DNA from: Myxococcota bacterium
GTDB taxonomy: Bacteria; Myxococcota_A; UBA796; SXON01
DNA length: 64,000 nucleotides
Reading direction: 5' to 3'
Assembly (NCBI GenBank): GCA_040386535.1
Contig: JAZKFH010000023.1
Span: forward strand, 1 to 64,000
Part shown: positions 45,519 to 55,089 of the stretch, one piece after another
How positions within the stretch are numbered: the stretch's first letter is position 1
How the letters are laid out: each line of letters opens with the position of its first letter
Position numbers and translations under genes: made by a program
The notes under the pieces: model-generated
Database searches by the model: none
The model's input: the letters and a program-made list of their open reading frames with translations, nothing else
Told to the model about the DNA's origin: nothing

Positions 45519-45611
45519 TTGCAGGTTTATCGGCGGCAAGGGGACGCAAATTGGATCCCCACTGCGGAGTCTTCTGTGTCCATACTCTGCCCGGGTACCA
45601 TGGAGGACACG

Positions 45612-46736
45612 ATGGGCTTGCGTATTGGGAGTTGGGTCGTTTTGGCGGCGCTGATGGGCCTCGGCTCGCCAGCGTTCGCGCAATCGGTGCCGGAGCCGGC
45701 CCCCCAACCCGAGCAGGACGGGCAGGGGCGCGGAGGTCGGGGTGCGCGCCCCGAGGCCGGACACACCCAATTCGGCGGAGGCACGTACGACAACGACGTG
45801 ATGCAGGATGACTGGTACTACGACACGTACACCACCAAGAAGGGGTTCGGGTCGGACTTCATGCAGGGGAGCAACCTGCAGGGCGCGTACGAGGGGAGCG
45901 CGGACGAGAACGATTGGTTCTTCGATTCGTACGAGATGATGGGCGGCGGCCAGGGAATGCGCGGGAACCCGCGCCCCGGTGTGGGGCGGGGCCAGCAGGA
46001 TCAACAGGGCCAGCAGGGCCAGGGTCAACAGGGTCAGCAGGGTCAGCAGGGTCAGCAGGGTCAGCAGGGTCAACAGGGTCAACAGGGCCAGCAGGGTGCC
46101 CAGGGGCAGGGCAAGGAGAACATCAACCTCAAGGGCACGGTGGCGGGCATCAAGCAGGTGGAGGTCGGCGGCGAGGCCGAGGGCGGGCCTCACTCGGTGG
46201 TCCTGCTCGAAGATGGGGACATGCGCTACGTCGTGGACCTCGGGCCGGCCCAGGCGCTCGAGAACGTCACGATCGACGTTGGCAACAACATCTCGGTCGA
46301 AGGGAAGCTCGGGCGCGTCGGCCCCCGCGCCGTGCTCTTCGCCGACCAGCTGACCACGCAGGGCCAGGAGCCCCTGAACATCCAGCAGGACCTCCAGCTG
46401 GAGAGCCAGCCGCTGCCCCGTCAGCCCGCGCGCGCCCAGGACTTCAACGGGGAGATCCTCAAGTTGAAGGAGGTGCGGCTGGACAACGGGATGTCGCACA
46501 GCGTCGCGTTGGTGGCGATCGAGAACCAGGGGGCGATGCCCATCGATCTCGGCCCGGCCGACAAGTTCGCGACGTTCGACATCAAGGAGGGCGACACCAT
46601 CACCATCAACGGCCAGGTGGTCCCCGTGGGCGAGTACCTCGTGGTGTGGGCCGACGAGCTCGACGTGAAGGGCGAGAAGATCGACCTGCGCGGGGAGCCG
46701 GTGCAGGGTGGCGGACGGTCCCGCGGCACCCGGTGA
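45612..46736 (+). CDS. Secreted protein with a GQQ repeat and two OB-fold-like repeats
   Basis: Signal peptide ending AFA-Q. Duplicated HSV..L....VDLGP....I..G..I...G unit. Confidence 0.75.
   Translation: MGLRIGSWVVLAALMGLGSPAFAQSVPEPAPQPEQDGQGRGGRGARPEAGHTQFGGGTYDNDVMQDDWYYDTYTTKKGFGSDFMQGSNLQGAYEGSADENDWFFDSYEMMGGGQGMRGNPRPGVGRGQQDQQGQQGQGQQGQQGQQGQQGQQGQQGQQGQQGAQGQGKENINLKGTVAGIKQVEVGGEAEGGPHSVVLLEDGDMRYVVDLGPAQALENVTIDVGNNISVEGKLGRVGPRAVLFADQLTTQGQEPLNIQQDLQLESQPLPRQPARAQDFNGEILKLKEVRLDNGMSHSVALVAIENQGAMPIDLGPADKFATFDIKEGDTITINGQVVPVGEYLVVWADELDVKGEKIDLRGEPVQGGGRSRGTR
45990..46112 (+). repeat. 9-nt coding tandem repeat (Gly-Gln-Gln)n
   Basis: Tandem ggycarcag units. Confidence 0.9.
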
Positions 46737-46748
46737 GGGGGCGCGGCC

Positions 46749-47684
46749 TTAGCGGCTGACAGCCGCCCAGGCCGCCGCCAGGCGCGTGGCGCGTGCCTTC
46801 TCCGCGATGCGGAGCAGGGGCGCGTCACGATGCCACCGGGCCGCCGCGGGGTCGCCCGGAGCCCAGGCCGCGGCGGCGGAGAGCTCGTCCAGGAGGGCGA
46901 GCGCGCCGCCGAGGGCGACGTGGGTGGCCGGCGCGTCGGGAGGCGCGCCGGCCAGTGCCCTGAGCGTCACGACGAGCGCCGCGAGGCGCCCCGCGAGCGC
47001 GACAGGCCAGCCGCCGGACCGCGCGCTCGCCAGGAGGTAGGCCGCCGCCGCGGCGGACACGTGGATGTCCTCGATCGTCCGGAACGGCTTGATGTACGTC
47101 GTGTAGCCGTCGCCCGGGAGGACCGCGCTCGCGTCGACCCGCACGGCGTCGAACGTGACCTCGTAGTGGGGGACCTCGGGGGTGAACGGGGTGGGCGGGA
47201 GCGCCACGAAGCGCACACCTGGCGTGTCCGCGGGGAGACGCACGAGCCGGAGTTGGTTGCGCTCGGCGTCCCACCCCGTCGACGCGGCCACGAGCAGCAC
47301 GTCACCGTCGCCCGCGAGGGTTGCCCACCGTTTGGCGCCGGTGAGCGTGAAGCCCTCCCCGTCCGCTACCAACGCCGTCTGGATCGCGCGCGGGTGGCCG
47401 CCGCCGGCCTCGGTGATGCAGAGGCACGCAGTGGTGTCCCGCCCGAGCGTGGGGACGAGGCTCCGCAGCGCGGCCCCGTAGCCGGCGGCGTACGCGTAGC
47501 CGAGCCGGTCCGCGAGGGCGCCGCCCACGATCGCGTGGTCGATGGGGCTCGGCCAGCGGGCGGCGAGCGCGCTCCAGGCGGTGCGGAAGGCGGGCATCGA
47601 GAGAGAGGCGCCCCCGTCCTCCTGCGGCCCGCGCGCGGGGCCCGCGAGGGCCGCCTGAAGCAGCGTGTCCAGGGCGTCGTCCAT
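46749..47684 (-). CDS. Acyl-CoA dehydrogenase-like protein (short form)
   Basis: Motifs CITEAGG, LTGAKRWAT and LPGDGY..YIKPFRTIED. Confidence 0.8.
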   Translation of the reverse strand: MDDALDTLLQAALAGPARGPQEDGGASLSMPAFRTAWSALAARWPSPIDHAIVGGALADRLGYAYAAGYGAALRSLVPTLGRDTTACLCITEAGGGHPRAIQTALVADGEGFTLTGAKRWATLAGDGDVLLVAASTGWDAERNQLRLVRLPADTPGVRFVALPPTPFTPEVPHYEVTFDAVRVDASAVLPGDGYTTYIKPFRTIEDIHVSAAAAAYLLASARSGGWPVALAGRLAALVVTLRALAGAPPDAPATHVALGGALALLDELSAAAAWAPGDPAAARWHRDAPLLRIAEKARATRLAAAWAAVSR

Positions 47685-47769
47685 CGGGGAGCCTCCGCGG
47701 GCGCCGAGCGTATCTTTGACGGCGGCGCGCGGCCCCTTCGTCCCGTGGTTGGGGTAGAACGCCGCCACC

Positions 47770-49029
47770 ATGTCCACCGGCACCCCGTCCACCGGCACCC
47801 CGTCGATCGCGCGCTCGCCGCACCCCTTCCTGTTCACCCTCCTGATCATCCCCTTCGGGGCGGTCGGCGGGTTCGTCGGCGTCGTCCTGGCGTTCCTCGC
47901 CACGAAGCGCGGCCTCACGGTGGAGGAGGGCGCGTCCCTCATCGCCATCGGCATGTTGCCGCACGCGTGGAAGTTCTTCTGGGCGCCCGTGGCCGATATG
48001 ACCTTCTCCCGCAAGGGGTGGTACGTCGTCTCCAACGCCCTGTGCGCCCTCGGCGTGCTGCTCATGGCGGCGATCCCCCTCGGCCCGGAGAACCTCCGGC
48101 TGCTCCAGGTGGTCATCTTCGTGACCAACCTCGCCAGCACCGTGGTGGGCATGGCGGTGGAAGGGCTCATGGCCCACGCGACAGCGCCGGAGGAGCGGGG
48201 GCGCGTCGGCGGGTGGTTCCAGGCCGGGAACCTCGGCGGGAACGGCATTGGCGGGGGGCTCGGGCTCTGGCTCGCGACCACCTTCGAGGCGAGCTGGATC
48301 AGCGGCGCCGTGCTCTCCGCGCTGTTCGTGGTCTGTGGCTTCGCGTTGCTCGGCGTGCACGATCCCGGCCGCGCCGAGCGCATCGGCAGCGTGTGGAGCG
48401 CCGTGAAGACCGTGGGGCTCGACCTCTGGGGCCTCGTGCGCTCCCGCTCGGCCCTCACCGCCGCCATCCTCTGCTTCCTCCCCATCGGCACCGGCGCGGC
48501 GTCGGGCGTGCTCGCGCAGGCCGAGGTCGCCGCACGTTGGGGCTCGGGCGAGTCCGAGGTCGGCATGGTGAACGGGGTGTTCTCCGGCATCGTGGCCGCG
48601 ATCGGCTGCATCCTCGGCGGCCAGCTCTGCGGGCGCTTCGGCTCGACGCGGATGTACGCGGCGGTCGGGGCGCTGATGGCGGTCGTCACCGGCGCGATGG
48701 CGATGTCCCCGCTCGTGCCGACCACGTTCGTCGTCTTCGGGCTGGTGTACGCCTTCGTCACCGGGCTCGCCTACGCCGCCTTCTCCGGGCTGGTGCTCGA
48801 GACCATCGGGACCGGCGCGGCGGCCACCAAGTACAACATGTACGCGTCGCTCTCCAACATCCCCATCGGGTACATGGGCATGGTGCTGGCGTGGGCGGTC
48901 GGGCGGTACGGCGCCACGGGCATGTTGCTGGTGGAGTCGGGCGCGGGGCTGCTCGGGATCGCCGTCTTCGCGGTCGCCTACGCCGCGCTTCGGCCCCGCA
49001 TGGCGCCCGGACAGAGCGCGGCCGCGTAG
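47770..49029 (+). CDS. MFS transporter (AmpG-like)
   Basis: About 12 hydrophobic helices and motif PHAWKFFWAPVAD. Confidence 0.85.
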   Translation: MSTGTPSTGTPSIARSPHPFLFTLLIIPFGAVGGFVGVVLAFLATKRGLTVEEGASLIAIGMLPHAWKFFWAPVADMTFSRKGWYVVSNALCALGVLLMAAIPLGPENLRLLQVVIFVTNLASTVVGMAVEGLMAHATAPEERGRVGGWFQAGNLGGNGIGGGLGLWLATTFEASWISGAVLSALFVVCGFALLGVHDPGRAERIGSVWSAVKTVGLDLWGLVRSRSALTAAILCFLPIGTGAASGVLAQAEVAARWGSGESEVGMVNGVFSGIVAAIGCILGGQLCGRFGSTRMYAAVGALMAVVTGAMAMSPLVPTTFVVFGLVYAFVTGLAYAAFSGLVLETIGTGAAATKYNMYASLSNIPIGYMGMVLAWAVGRYGATGMLLVESGAGLLGIAVFAVAYAALRPRMAPGQSAAA

Positions 49030-49065
49030 GCCCCGGGGGGAGGAGTCGTGGGTTAGGGGCAGGGG

Positions 49066-50925
49066 ATGTCCACGACCTCCATTCCTGATGTGCCCGCGCC
49101 CACCACCCTGAAGAACCGCGTCGACATCGACGATCGCCACAAGTGGGATCTGTCGCGGATCTACCCGGATTGGGCCGCGTGGAAGGCCGGCTACGACGAG
49201 CTCGCGCGCCAGGTCGACGCATACGCGGCGCTCCGGGGCACCCTCGCGACCGGCCCCGCGGCCCTGCTCGCCGCCTACCGGCTGGGGGACGCGCTCGGCC
49301 AGCTCTCCTACAAGGTCTGGTACTACGCCTCGCTCATGCACGACGAGGATCAGCGCGACAACGAGGTCGGCGGGCGTCGGCAGCAGGTGCAGATCCTGTT
49401 CGCCCGGATGGCGCAGGCGTCCGCGTGGTTCAGCCCGGAGCTGCTCGCGATCCCGCTCGCCACCGTGCGCGCGTGGATGGCGGTCAGCCTCGAGCTGGCG
49501 CTCTACCGCTTCGCCATCGAGGACCTGTATCGGCAGCAGGAGCACGTGCTGGACGAGAAGGGCGAGCACCTCCTCTCGCTCGCGGGGAGGCTCTCCGGCT
49601 CGCCGGCCGAGGCCTACGCGGCGCTCTCCACGGCCGACATCAAGTTCCCCACGCTCCGCCTCTCCGACGGGCAGGAGGTCACGCTCTCCTACGGCACCTA
49701 CCGCAAGCTGCTCGCGACGAACCGCGTGCAGGCGGACCGCGCCGCGGCCTTCCGCGCGTTCCAGGGGCTCTACGCGGACGACCTGAACACCTACGCCGCG
49801 CTCTACGACGGCGTGCTCCAGCGCGATTGGTTCCTGGCACAAGCGCGCGGATTCACCTCGACGCTCGAGGCCGCGCTCCACGGCGACAACATCCCCACCT
49901 CCGTGGTCGAGAACCTCATCGCCACAACCCGGGCCGGCGTGGCGCCGCTCCAGCGGTACCACACCCTCCGCAAGAAGGCGCTGGGCCTCGAGCGGTACTA
50001 CTCCTACGACGGCGCCCTGCCGCTGGTCCCCGACGATCGTCGGTACAGCTATGACGACGTGCTCGATTGGCTCGAGGCCTCCGTGGCCCCCCTCGGCGCG
50101 GACTACCAGGCCGAGCTCAAGGCCGCGGTGCGCGGCCGCTACATCGACGTGTACGAGAACCCCGGCAAGCGCAGCGGCGCCTACTCGGCGTCCGTCTATG
50201 GCGTCCATCCGTACGTGTTGATGAACTACAACGACACGTTGGATGCCGTGTTCACCCTCGCCCACGAGATGGGCCACTCGATGCACACCCTGCTCGCGCA
50301 CCGGCACCAGCCGTTCGCGTACGCGGGGTACACCATCTTCGTGGCAGAGGTGCCCTCCACGTTGAACGAGGCCTTGTTCCTCGAGTTCATGCTTGGGAGG
50401 ACCTCGGATCCCGCCGAGCGCGTGGTGCTCCTCCAACATGCCATCGACGAGATCGTCGGCACCTTCTACAGTCAGGTCATGTTCGCCGATTTCGAGTTGG
50501 CCGCGCACCGGCTGGTCGAGCAGGGGCAGCCCATCACGGCGGACGCGCTGTCCACGCTCTACATGGACACCGTGCGCGCCTACCATGGCGACGCCGTCGA
50601 GTACGAGGCCCCCTCCGGGTCCACCTGGGCGCGGATCTCCCACTTCTTCGGGTCGCCGTTCTACGTCTACCAATATGCTACGTGCTACGCGTCCACCGCA
50701 CAGTTGGTCGGCCAGATCACCGGCGGCGCACCGGAGGCACGTGTCACCGCGCGCGAGCGCTACCTCGATCTGCTCCGCGCGGGCGGCAGCGACCATCCGA
50801 TGGCGCTCCTCCAGCGCGCCGGCGTAGACCTGGCGCGCCCGGAGGCCGTGCAGGCGGTCGAAGGCCAGCTCGACGCGCTCGTGTCCCGGCTCCAAGCGGA
50901 GCTCGAGGCGCTCGGGGTGGTCTGA
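49066..50925 (+). CDS. pepF: Oligoendopeptidase F (M3B)
   Basis: Motifs WDLSRIY, GKRSGAY, HEMGH, AEVPS and HFF..PFYVYQYA. Confidence 0.93.
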   Translation: MSTTSIPDVPAPTTLKNRVDIDDRHKWDLSRIYPDWAAWKAGYDELARQVDAYAALRGTLATGPAALLAAYRLGDALGQLSYKVWYYASLMHDEDQRDNEVGGRRQQVQILFARMAQASAWFSPELLAIPLATVRAWMAVSLELALYRFAIEDLYRQQEHVLDEKGEHLLSLAGRLSGSPAEAYAALSTADIKFPTLRLSDGQEVTLSYGTYRKLLATNRVQADRAAAFRAFQGLYADDLNTYAALYDGVLQRDWFLAQARGFTSTLEAALHGDNIPTSVVENLIATTRAGVAPLQRYHTLRKKALGLERYYSYDGALPLVPDDRRYSYDDVLDWLEASVAPLGADYQAELKAAVRGRYIDVYENPGKRSGAYSASVYGVHPYVLMNYNDTLDAVFTLAHEMGHSMHTLLAHRHQPFAYAGYTIFVAEVPSTLNEALFLEFMLGRTSDPAERVVLLQHAIDEIVGTFYSQVMFADFELAAHRLVEQGQPITADALSTLYMDTVRAYHGDAVEYEAPSGSTWARISHFFGSPFYVYQYATCYASTAQLVGQITGGAPEARVTARERYLDLLRAGGSDHPMALLQRAGVDLARPEAVQAVEGQLDALVSRLQAELEALGVV

Positions 50926-50961
50926 TCGGGCGCGCGCTCACCGACAGCGCCAGCAGGCGAC

Positions 50962-51699
50962 TCATCGGCGGCGGCGCTTCCGGACGCGACGCCGCGTGAG
51001 CATCCGCGCGAACGCCCGGCCCGGGGGGCCGAACGCGCCGGCGATCGTCTTGAGCACCGCACCGAACAGGGCGCCGAGGAGCCCGGTGACGAGGCCCTGG
51101 AACAGGCGTCCGAGCACACCCTGCTGGGGCGCGTGGGCCGGCGTCGAGGCGCGGCGGCGGGCGCCCTTGCCACGCGAGTCGGGGAGGGTGCCACGCGAAT
51201 CCGGGCGGGTGCCACGCGAAGCGGGGAGGGGGTTCGGGGCGACGCGCGCGGAGCTCCCGGACTGTCGATCGTCGAACACGACGTCCCGCCACGGAAGGTC
51301 CCCCGTGGGGTGGAGGGACACGCCCGCGGCCCCGCCGACGCAGTCGTCGACGAGCTCTCCCAGCACGCCCTGCCCGTCGCGGGAGTGGGTGCCGGAGCCT
51401 GTCACGAAGCGCACGGCGGGCGCGCGCAGCTTCGAGCGGCCGGCGAGCACCCGCGCCACGACCTCGCGGGCGAGCCGCTGATCGAGCCCGTGCAGGTCCA
51501 CGCGCGGCACCGCGCCGAGCTCGTCGGACCACTCGACGTCCACACGTTCCGCGACCTCCCAGGACGTGGCGGCGTCCCGATGCCAGGGCAGGCTCGCGCT
51601 GCGCGTCTCGATGTCGGCGAGCGCGCGCTCGAGCCACCTACAGTCCGGATCCTGCCCTGTCGCCAACGCCGCTCCGGCAAAGCGGGAGCATAGCCGCAC
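50962..51699 (-). CDS. Smr-domain protein
   Basis: Motifs VDLHGL and VRFVTGSGTHS. Confidence 0.75.
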   Translation of the reverse strand: MRLCSRFAGAALATGQDPDCRWLERALADIETRSASLPWHRDAATSWEVAERVDVEWSDELGAVPRVDLHGLDQRLAREVVARVLAGRSKLRAPAVRFVTGSGTHSRDGQGVLGELVDDCVGGAAGVSLHPTGDLPWRDVVFDDRQSGSSARVAPNPLPASRGTRPDSRGTLPDSRGKGARRRASTPAHAPQQGVLGRLFQGLVTGLLGALFGAVLKTIAGAFGPPGRAFARMLTRRRVRKRRRR

Positions 51700-51708
51700 G
51701 CGCGCCGC

Positions 51709-53151
51709 TCACCCCTCGATACACGTCATCCGGTACACCAACCACCCGTCCACGCCTACCGACGGGTCCGCGCACGCCTCGGTGACAACGAGCTCGGGGG
51801 CGCCGTCCCCGTCGAGATCACGACGCACCCACGCGGGGCGGTTGGCGGTCCCGGCGCAGCCGGGCGTGTCACCGGTGCCGCCCGCGAAGGAGCCGGTCGA
51901 GTAGCCCGTGGGCAGCGCGACGGGGGCGGCGGCAGACCAGCCCTCGCGGGTCAGGGCGTGCAGGTCCCACCGCGCATCGCCGACCGCGGGATCGACACAG
52001 CTCGCGGTGACGGTGACATCCGCGTCGCCATCGCCATCGGCGTCGTCCATCACCCACGCGGGGAGCGCCAGGTCACACTCGGGCGCCGGGTGCTCCCGCT
52101 GGTTGACGAGCAGGTTCAGCGACCACGGCGCGCGCCGCACGGCGCCGACCGACGCGAAGCCGGTGCCCTCGTTGGTGTAGACGGTCCAGTCGCTGCCCTC
52201 CGCCCCGCACCGGCGAGGCACGACGAGATCGGGCCGGTCGTCCCCCTCGACGTCGAGGAGGAAGTAGTCCGCGTTTCCCAAGCCGCACCCGAGCGCCCGC
52301 CCGAGGCGGTTGGCGCGCAACTCGGGGGGGACGCCCCAGCGCGCGCCCGGCGCGAACGTGGCGCCGTCGTTGGCCAGGTGGGCCCAGTAGGTGCTCCCAA
52401 CATCGGGTGTGTCGCAGGTGTCGGTGAGGACGATGTCGACCGGGCCGTCTCCGTCGAGGTCCACGACGCCCCACGCCGGGGCGTTTCCGAAGTCGCCGCA
52501 CTGCTCGGTTTCGCGGGGCGCGCCGAAGCTGCCGGGGGCGTACGGGGTCGGGATCTCACGGAGCTGGGCCGCGCCGAACCCGGCGCCCGTGTTGGGATAC
52601 CCGCGCCACGCGCCGGCCAGCGCGTCGTCCTCGCAGCCCTCGATGACGACGAGGTCCAACCGGCCGTCATCGTCGAGGTGTTCGAGGCGGAAGGCGGGGA
52701 GCGTGACCCCGTCCGTGCACACGGCGTCGTCGCGGAACGCCGCGAAGGCCCCGGGATCGGCGCCGGGCAGTTGCCAGGCGACCTCTTCGCCGAAGCCGGC
52801 CCCCTCCGCGGCGCCCACGGCGGGCCAGACGCGCCACGTGGCGGCGCCGACCGAGGGGTCGTCACAGTCCGAGAGTTGGACGAAATCGAGCCGATTGTCA
52901 CCCGTCAGGTCGACGAGGCGCGTGGCGGGGAGCCCGTCCACACAGTCGGCCACGTCGCGCTCCGCGCGGGTGAACGCGCCGCTCGACGCGCCCGCCGGGA
53001 GCGCCCAATGTGTGGGTGTGACATCGAAGGTCCACGCGGCACAAACCGCGTCCTCCCCGGTGTCGGGGAGCGGTGGGCCGCCGCCGGGTGTCGGGCCCGA
53101 GCAGGCGACCAGGGCCGACGCCAGGAGGGCAGGGACGACGGGTCGGATCAT
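51709..53151 (-). CDS. Lipoprotein with Cys-paired FG-GAP/VCBS-like repeats
   Basis: Lipobox LVAC. About six DxxGDxxxD repeats, each flanked by Cys. Confidence 0.8.
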   Translation of the reverse strand: MIRPVVPALLASALVACSGPTPGGGPPLPDTGEDAVCAAWTFDVTPTHWALPAGASSGAFTRAERDVADCVDGLPATRLVDLTGDNRLDFVQLSDCDDPSVGAATWRVWPAVGAAEGAGFGEEVAWQLPGADPGAFAAFRDDAVCTDGVTLPAFRLEHLDDDGRLDLVVIEGCEDDALAGAWRGYPNTGAGFGAAQLREIPTPYAPGSFGAPRETEQCGDFGNAPAWGVVDLDGDGPVDIVLTDTCDTPDVGSTYWAHLANDGATFAPGARWGVPPELRANRLGRALGCGLGNADYFLLDVEGDDRPDLVVPRRCGAEGSDWTVYTNEGTGFASVGAVRRAPWSLNLLVNQREHPAPECDLALPAWVMDDADGDGDADVTVTASCVDPAVGDARWDLHALTREGWSAAAPVALPTGYSTGSFAGGTGDTPGCAGTANRPAWVRRDLDGDGAPELVVTEACADPSVGVDGWLVYRMTCIEG

Positions 53152-53275
53152 ACGGGGCGCGGCCTCGCCAGACGGTAGCACCGCGGGGCGGCCGCCGCAC
53201 CTGGAGTCGGGGGTGGTATCCGGAGGAAACGACCGGTACACTCCGCGGCGATCGCGTCGCCGGAGGTCCCCCGCC

Positions 53276-54406
53276 ATGTTGATGTTGCTTACCTTCGGCT
53301 GCTCGTTCGGGCTCACCGCCGTCACCCAGGACGCGCGGGAGAGCGTGCCCGAGATCGCGACCATCACGCCCGCGTTCGGTCCTCCCAATGGTGGCACCGA
53401 GGTGACCATCTCCGGATCCGGCTTCGCGGGTGACGTGCGGGTGAGCTTCGACGGTGTCTGGGGCGACGTGACCGTGGTCGATCCGTCGACCCTGCTCGTG
53501 ACGACGCCGGGGATCGGGATCGAGCTGGCGGTCGACGTCGTGGTCGAGGCGGACAACGGCACGGACACCGTGGCCGACGGCTTCACCTATCGGCGGGAAG
53601 GCGGCGACTCGGGCGGGGACAGCGGCGAGGAGATCGACGTGGACAACACCGGCAAGGTGGGTGGCTACGTGACGTTCGCGTGGTCCGACCTCGCGTGCCC
53701 CGTCTGTGTGGGCCTCCCCTCCACCGAGCCCCCCACGGTGAGCGCCACCGCGGCGTTCCACACGCCCGAGCGCGGCTCGTGGTGGTCCTGGATCCCGGCG
53801 GACGGCGCCTGTGTCGCCGACGCGGCCGCGACGCCGCTCGCCACGACCACCTCCAACGCCGGCGGGAACGTCATCCTGAACGACGGCACGGACGACGTGA
53901 TCCTGGCGTCCGCCACCGGCAGCGGCGGTGTCACCTACGCCGCCAGCGGGCTCACCACGGCCAATTGGTCGTCCAACGGGGCTTGGGACGTCGCGGGGCG
54001 GGGTGGCACGGAGGTTGACGCCTTCCGCCTCGACGATGTCCTGGTGACCCCGTCGGACTTCACCTACATCCAGCCCGGCGGGATCGTCGCGGACACCACC
54101 CAGGGCGCGTGGAGCGTGCCTTTCGGCGGGGCCGCCGGCACGACGGTCAGCTGGGCGCCCTTCAGCGTCGGCGATCTGGTGGTGGTCACGCTCACCGCGA
54201 GCAGCGGCGGCAGCACCACGTGCACCAGCACGGATGACGGCACCCTGCTCGTCCCCGCGTCGGCCGTGACCGGCTTCTCCAACGGCGCGCAGCTCACCAT
54301 CCGCATCACCCGCTACACGTTCGGTGAGGCCGTCCTCCCGGACGGGTCGACCCTCGAGACCGTCGGCAGCATCGAGCGCGTGGGCACCGGGTACGTCAGC
54401 TACTGA
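53276..54406 (+). CDS. IPT/TIG-domain secreted or lipoprotein
   Basis: GGAGG RBS, short signal ending FGC, and motif ITPAFGPPNGGTEVTISGSGF. Confidence 0.8.
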   Translation: MLMLLTFGCSFGLTAVTQDARESVPEIATITPAFGPPNGGTEVTISGSGFAGDVRVSFDGVWGDVTVVDPSTLLVTTPGIGIELAVDVVVEADNGTDTVADGFTYRREGGDSGGDSGEEIDVDNTGKVGGYVTFAWSDLACPVCVGLPSTEPPTVSATAAFHTPERGSWWSWIPADGACVADAAATPLATTTSNAGGNVILNDGTDDVILASATGSGGVTYAASGLTTANWSSNGAWDVAGRGGTEVDAFRLDDVLVTPSDFTYIQPGGIVADTTQGAWSVPFGGAAGTTVSWAPFSVGDLVVVTLTASSGGSTTCTSTDDGTLLVPASAVTGFSNGAQLTIRITRYTFGEAVLPDGSTLETVGSIERVGTGYVSY

Positions 54407-54427
54407 CCCGGCGCTCCGCGACGCGGT

Positions 54428-55036
54428 TCAACGCGCGTGCAACCCGACGCCGATCCCGGCCCCTACGGTCCACCAGTCCTCCCAGTCGGTAGACGGGCCG
54501 CGCGCGCTCCCCCAGCCGCCCTGCGCGCCGTAGTCGATGTACAGGATGCCGAGCGACTGGCGCACCCCCGCCTCGACGGTGAAGGTCGGGATCGCCCACA
54601 CGCCGCCCTGGTAGCCGTCCAGATCGGTGCGGCCGAAGCCGAAGCCGAAGGTGCCGGTGAACCGGGTGGTGGGATCGAAGCGCATCACGACGCCGGCGCC
54701 GTACTGGGTCAAACCGAAGGGGGTGGTCACGCTGTCGTCCGAGGTGGCCGTCTGCAGGGGCCACACCGCGGTGCGCCCCCAGAGCGACGCGCCCAGGCGC
54801 GGGCCGGGGGTGTCACGACTCACCATGAACAGGTCCACCCGCCCACCCAACGTGCCGTGAAGACCCGCGTCGGGCCACGCGCCGAGCAGGGCACCAGCGC
54901 CCACGCCGACCGTGACATCCGTACCGAACGCCGGGGGCGGGGCCGCGTCTTCCGGTGCGCCGGTGCGCTTCGAGGGCCCGTCGTCCGCCGACGCGGCTCC
55001 GGACATGAACGCGGCGAGGGCGACGAGCAGCAGCAT
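54428..55036 (-). CDS. Secreted, probable small outer-membrane beta-barrel protein
   Basis: Signal peptide ending ASA, followed by alternating Gly/aromatic beta strands. Confidence 0.6.
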   Translation of the reverse strand: MLLLVALAAFMSGAASADDGPSKRTGAPEDAAPPPAFGTDVTVGVGAGALLGAWPDAGLHGTLGGRVDLFMVSRDTPGPRLGASLWGRTAVWPLQTATSDDSVTTPFGLTQYGAGVVMRFDPTTRFTGTFGFGFGRTDLDGYQGGVWAIPTFTVEAGVRQSLGILYIDYGAQGGWGSARGPSTDWEDWWTVGAGIGVGLHAR

Positions 55037-55089
55037 CGCGTCCTCGTTATCCCGGTCCCGCCCGTCCGCCCCCCTTCCGTGCACCCCCT

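Noticed and set aside
47302..50895. 1197-aa minus-strand ORF, and similar long ORFs such as 37043-39964, 6549-9422 and 61749-63791
   Set aside because: These are antisense or alternate-frame shadows of real high-GC3 genes, with Arg/Gly/Ala-rich translations and no motifs.
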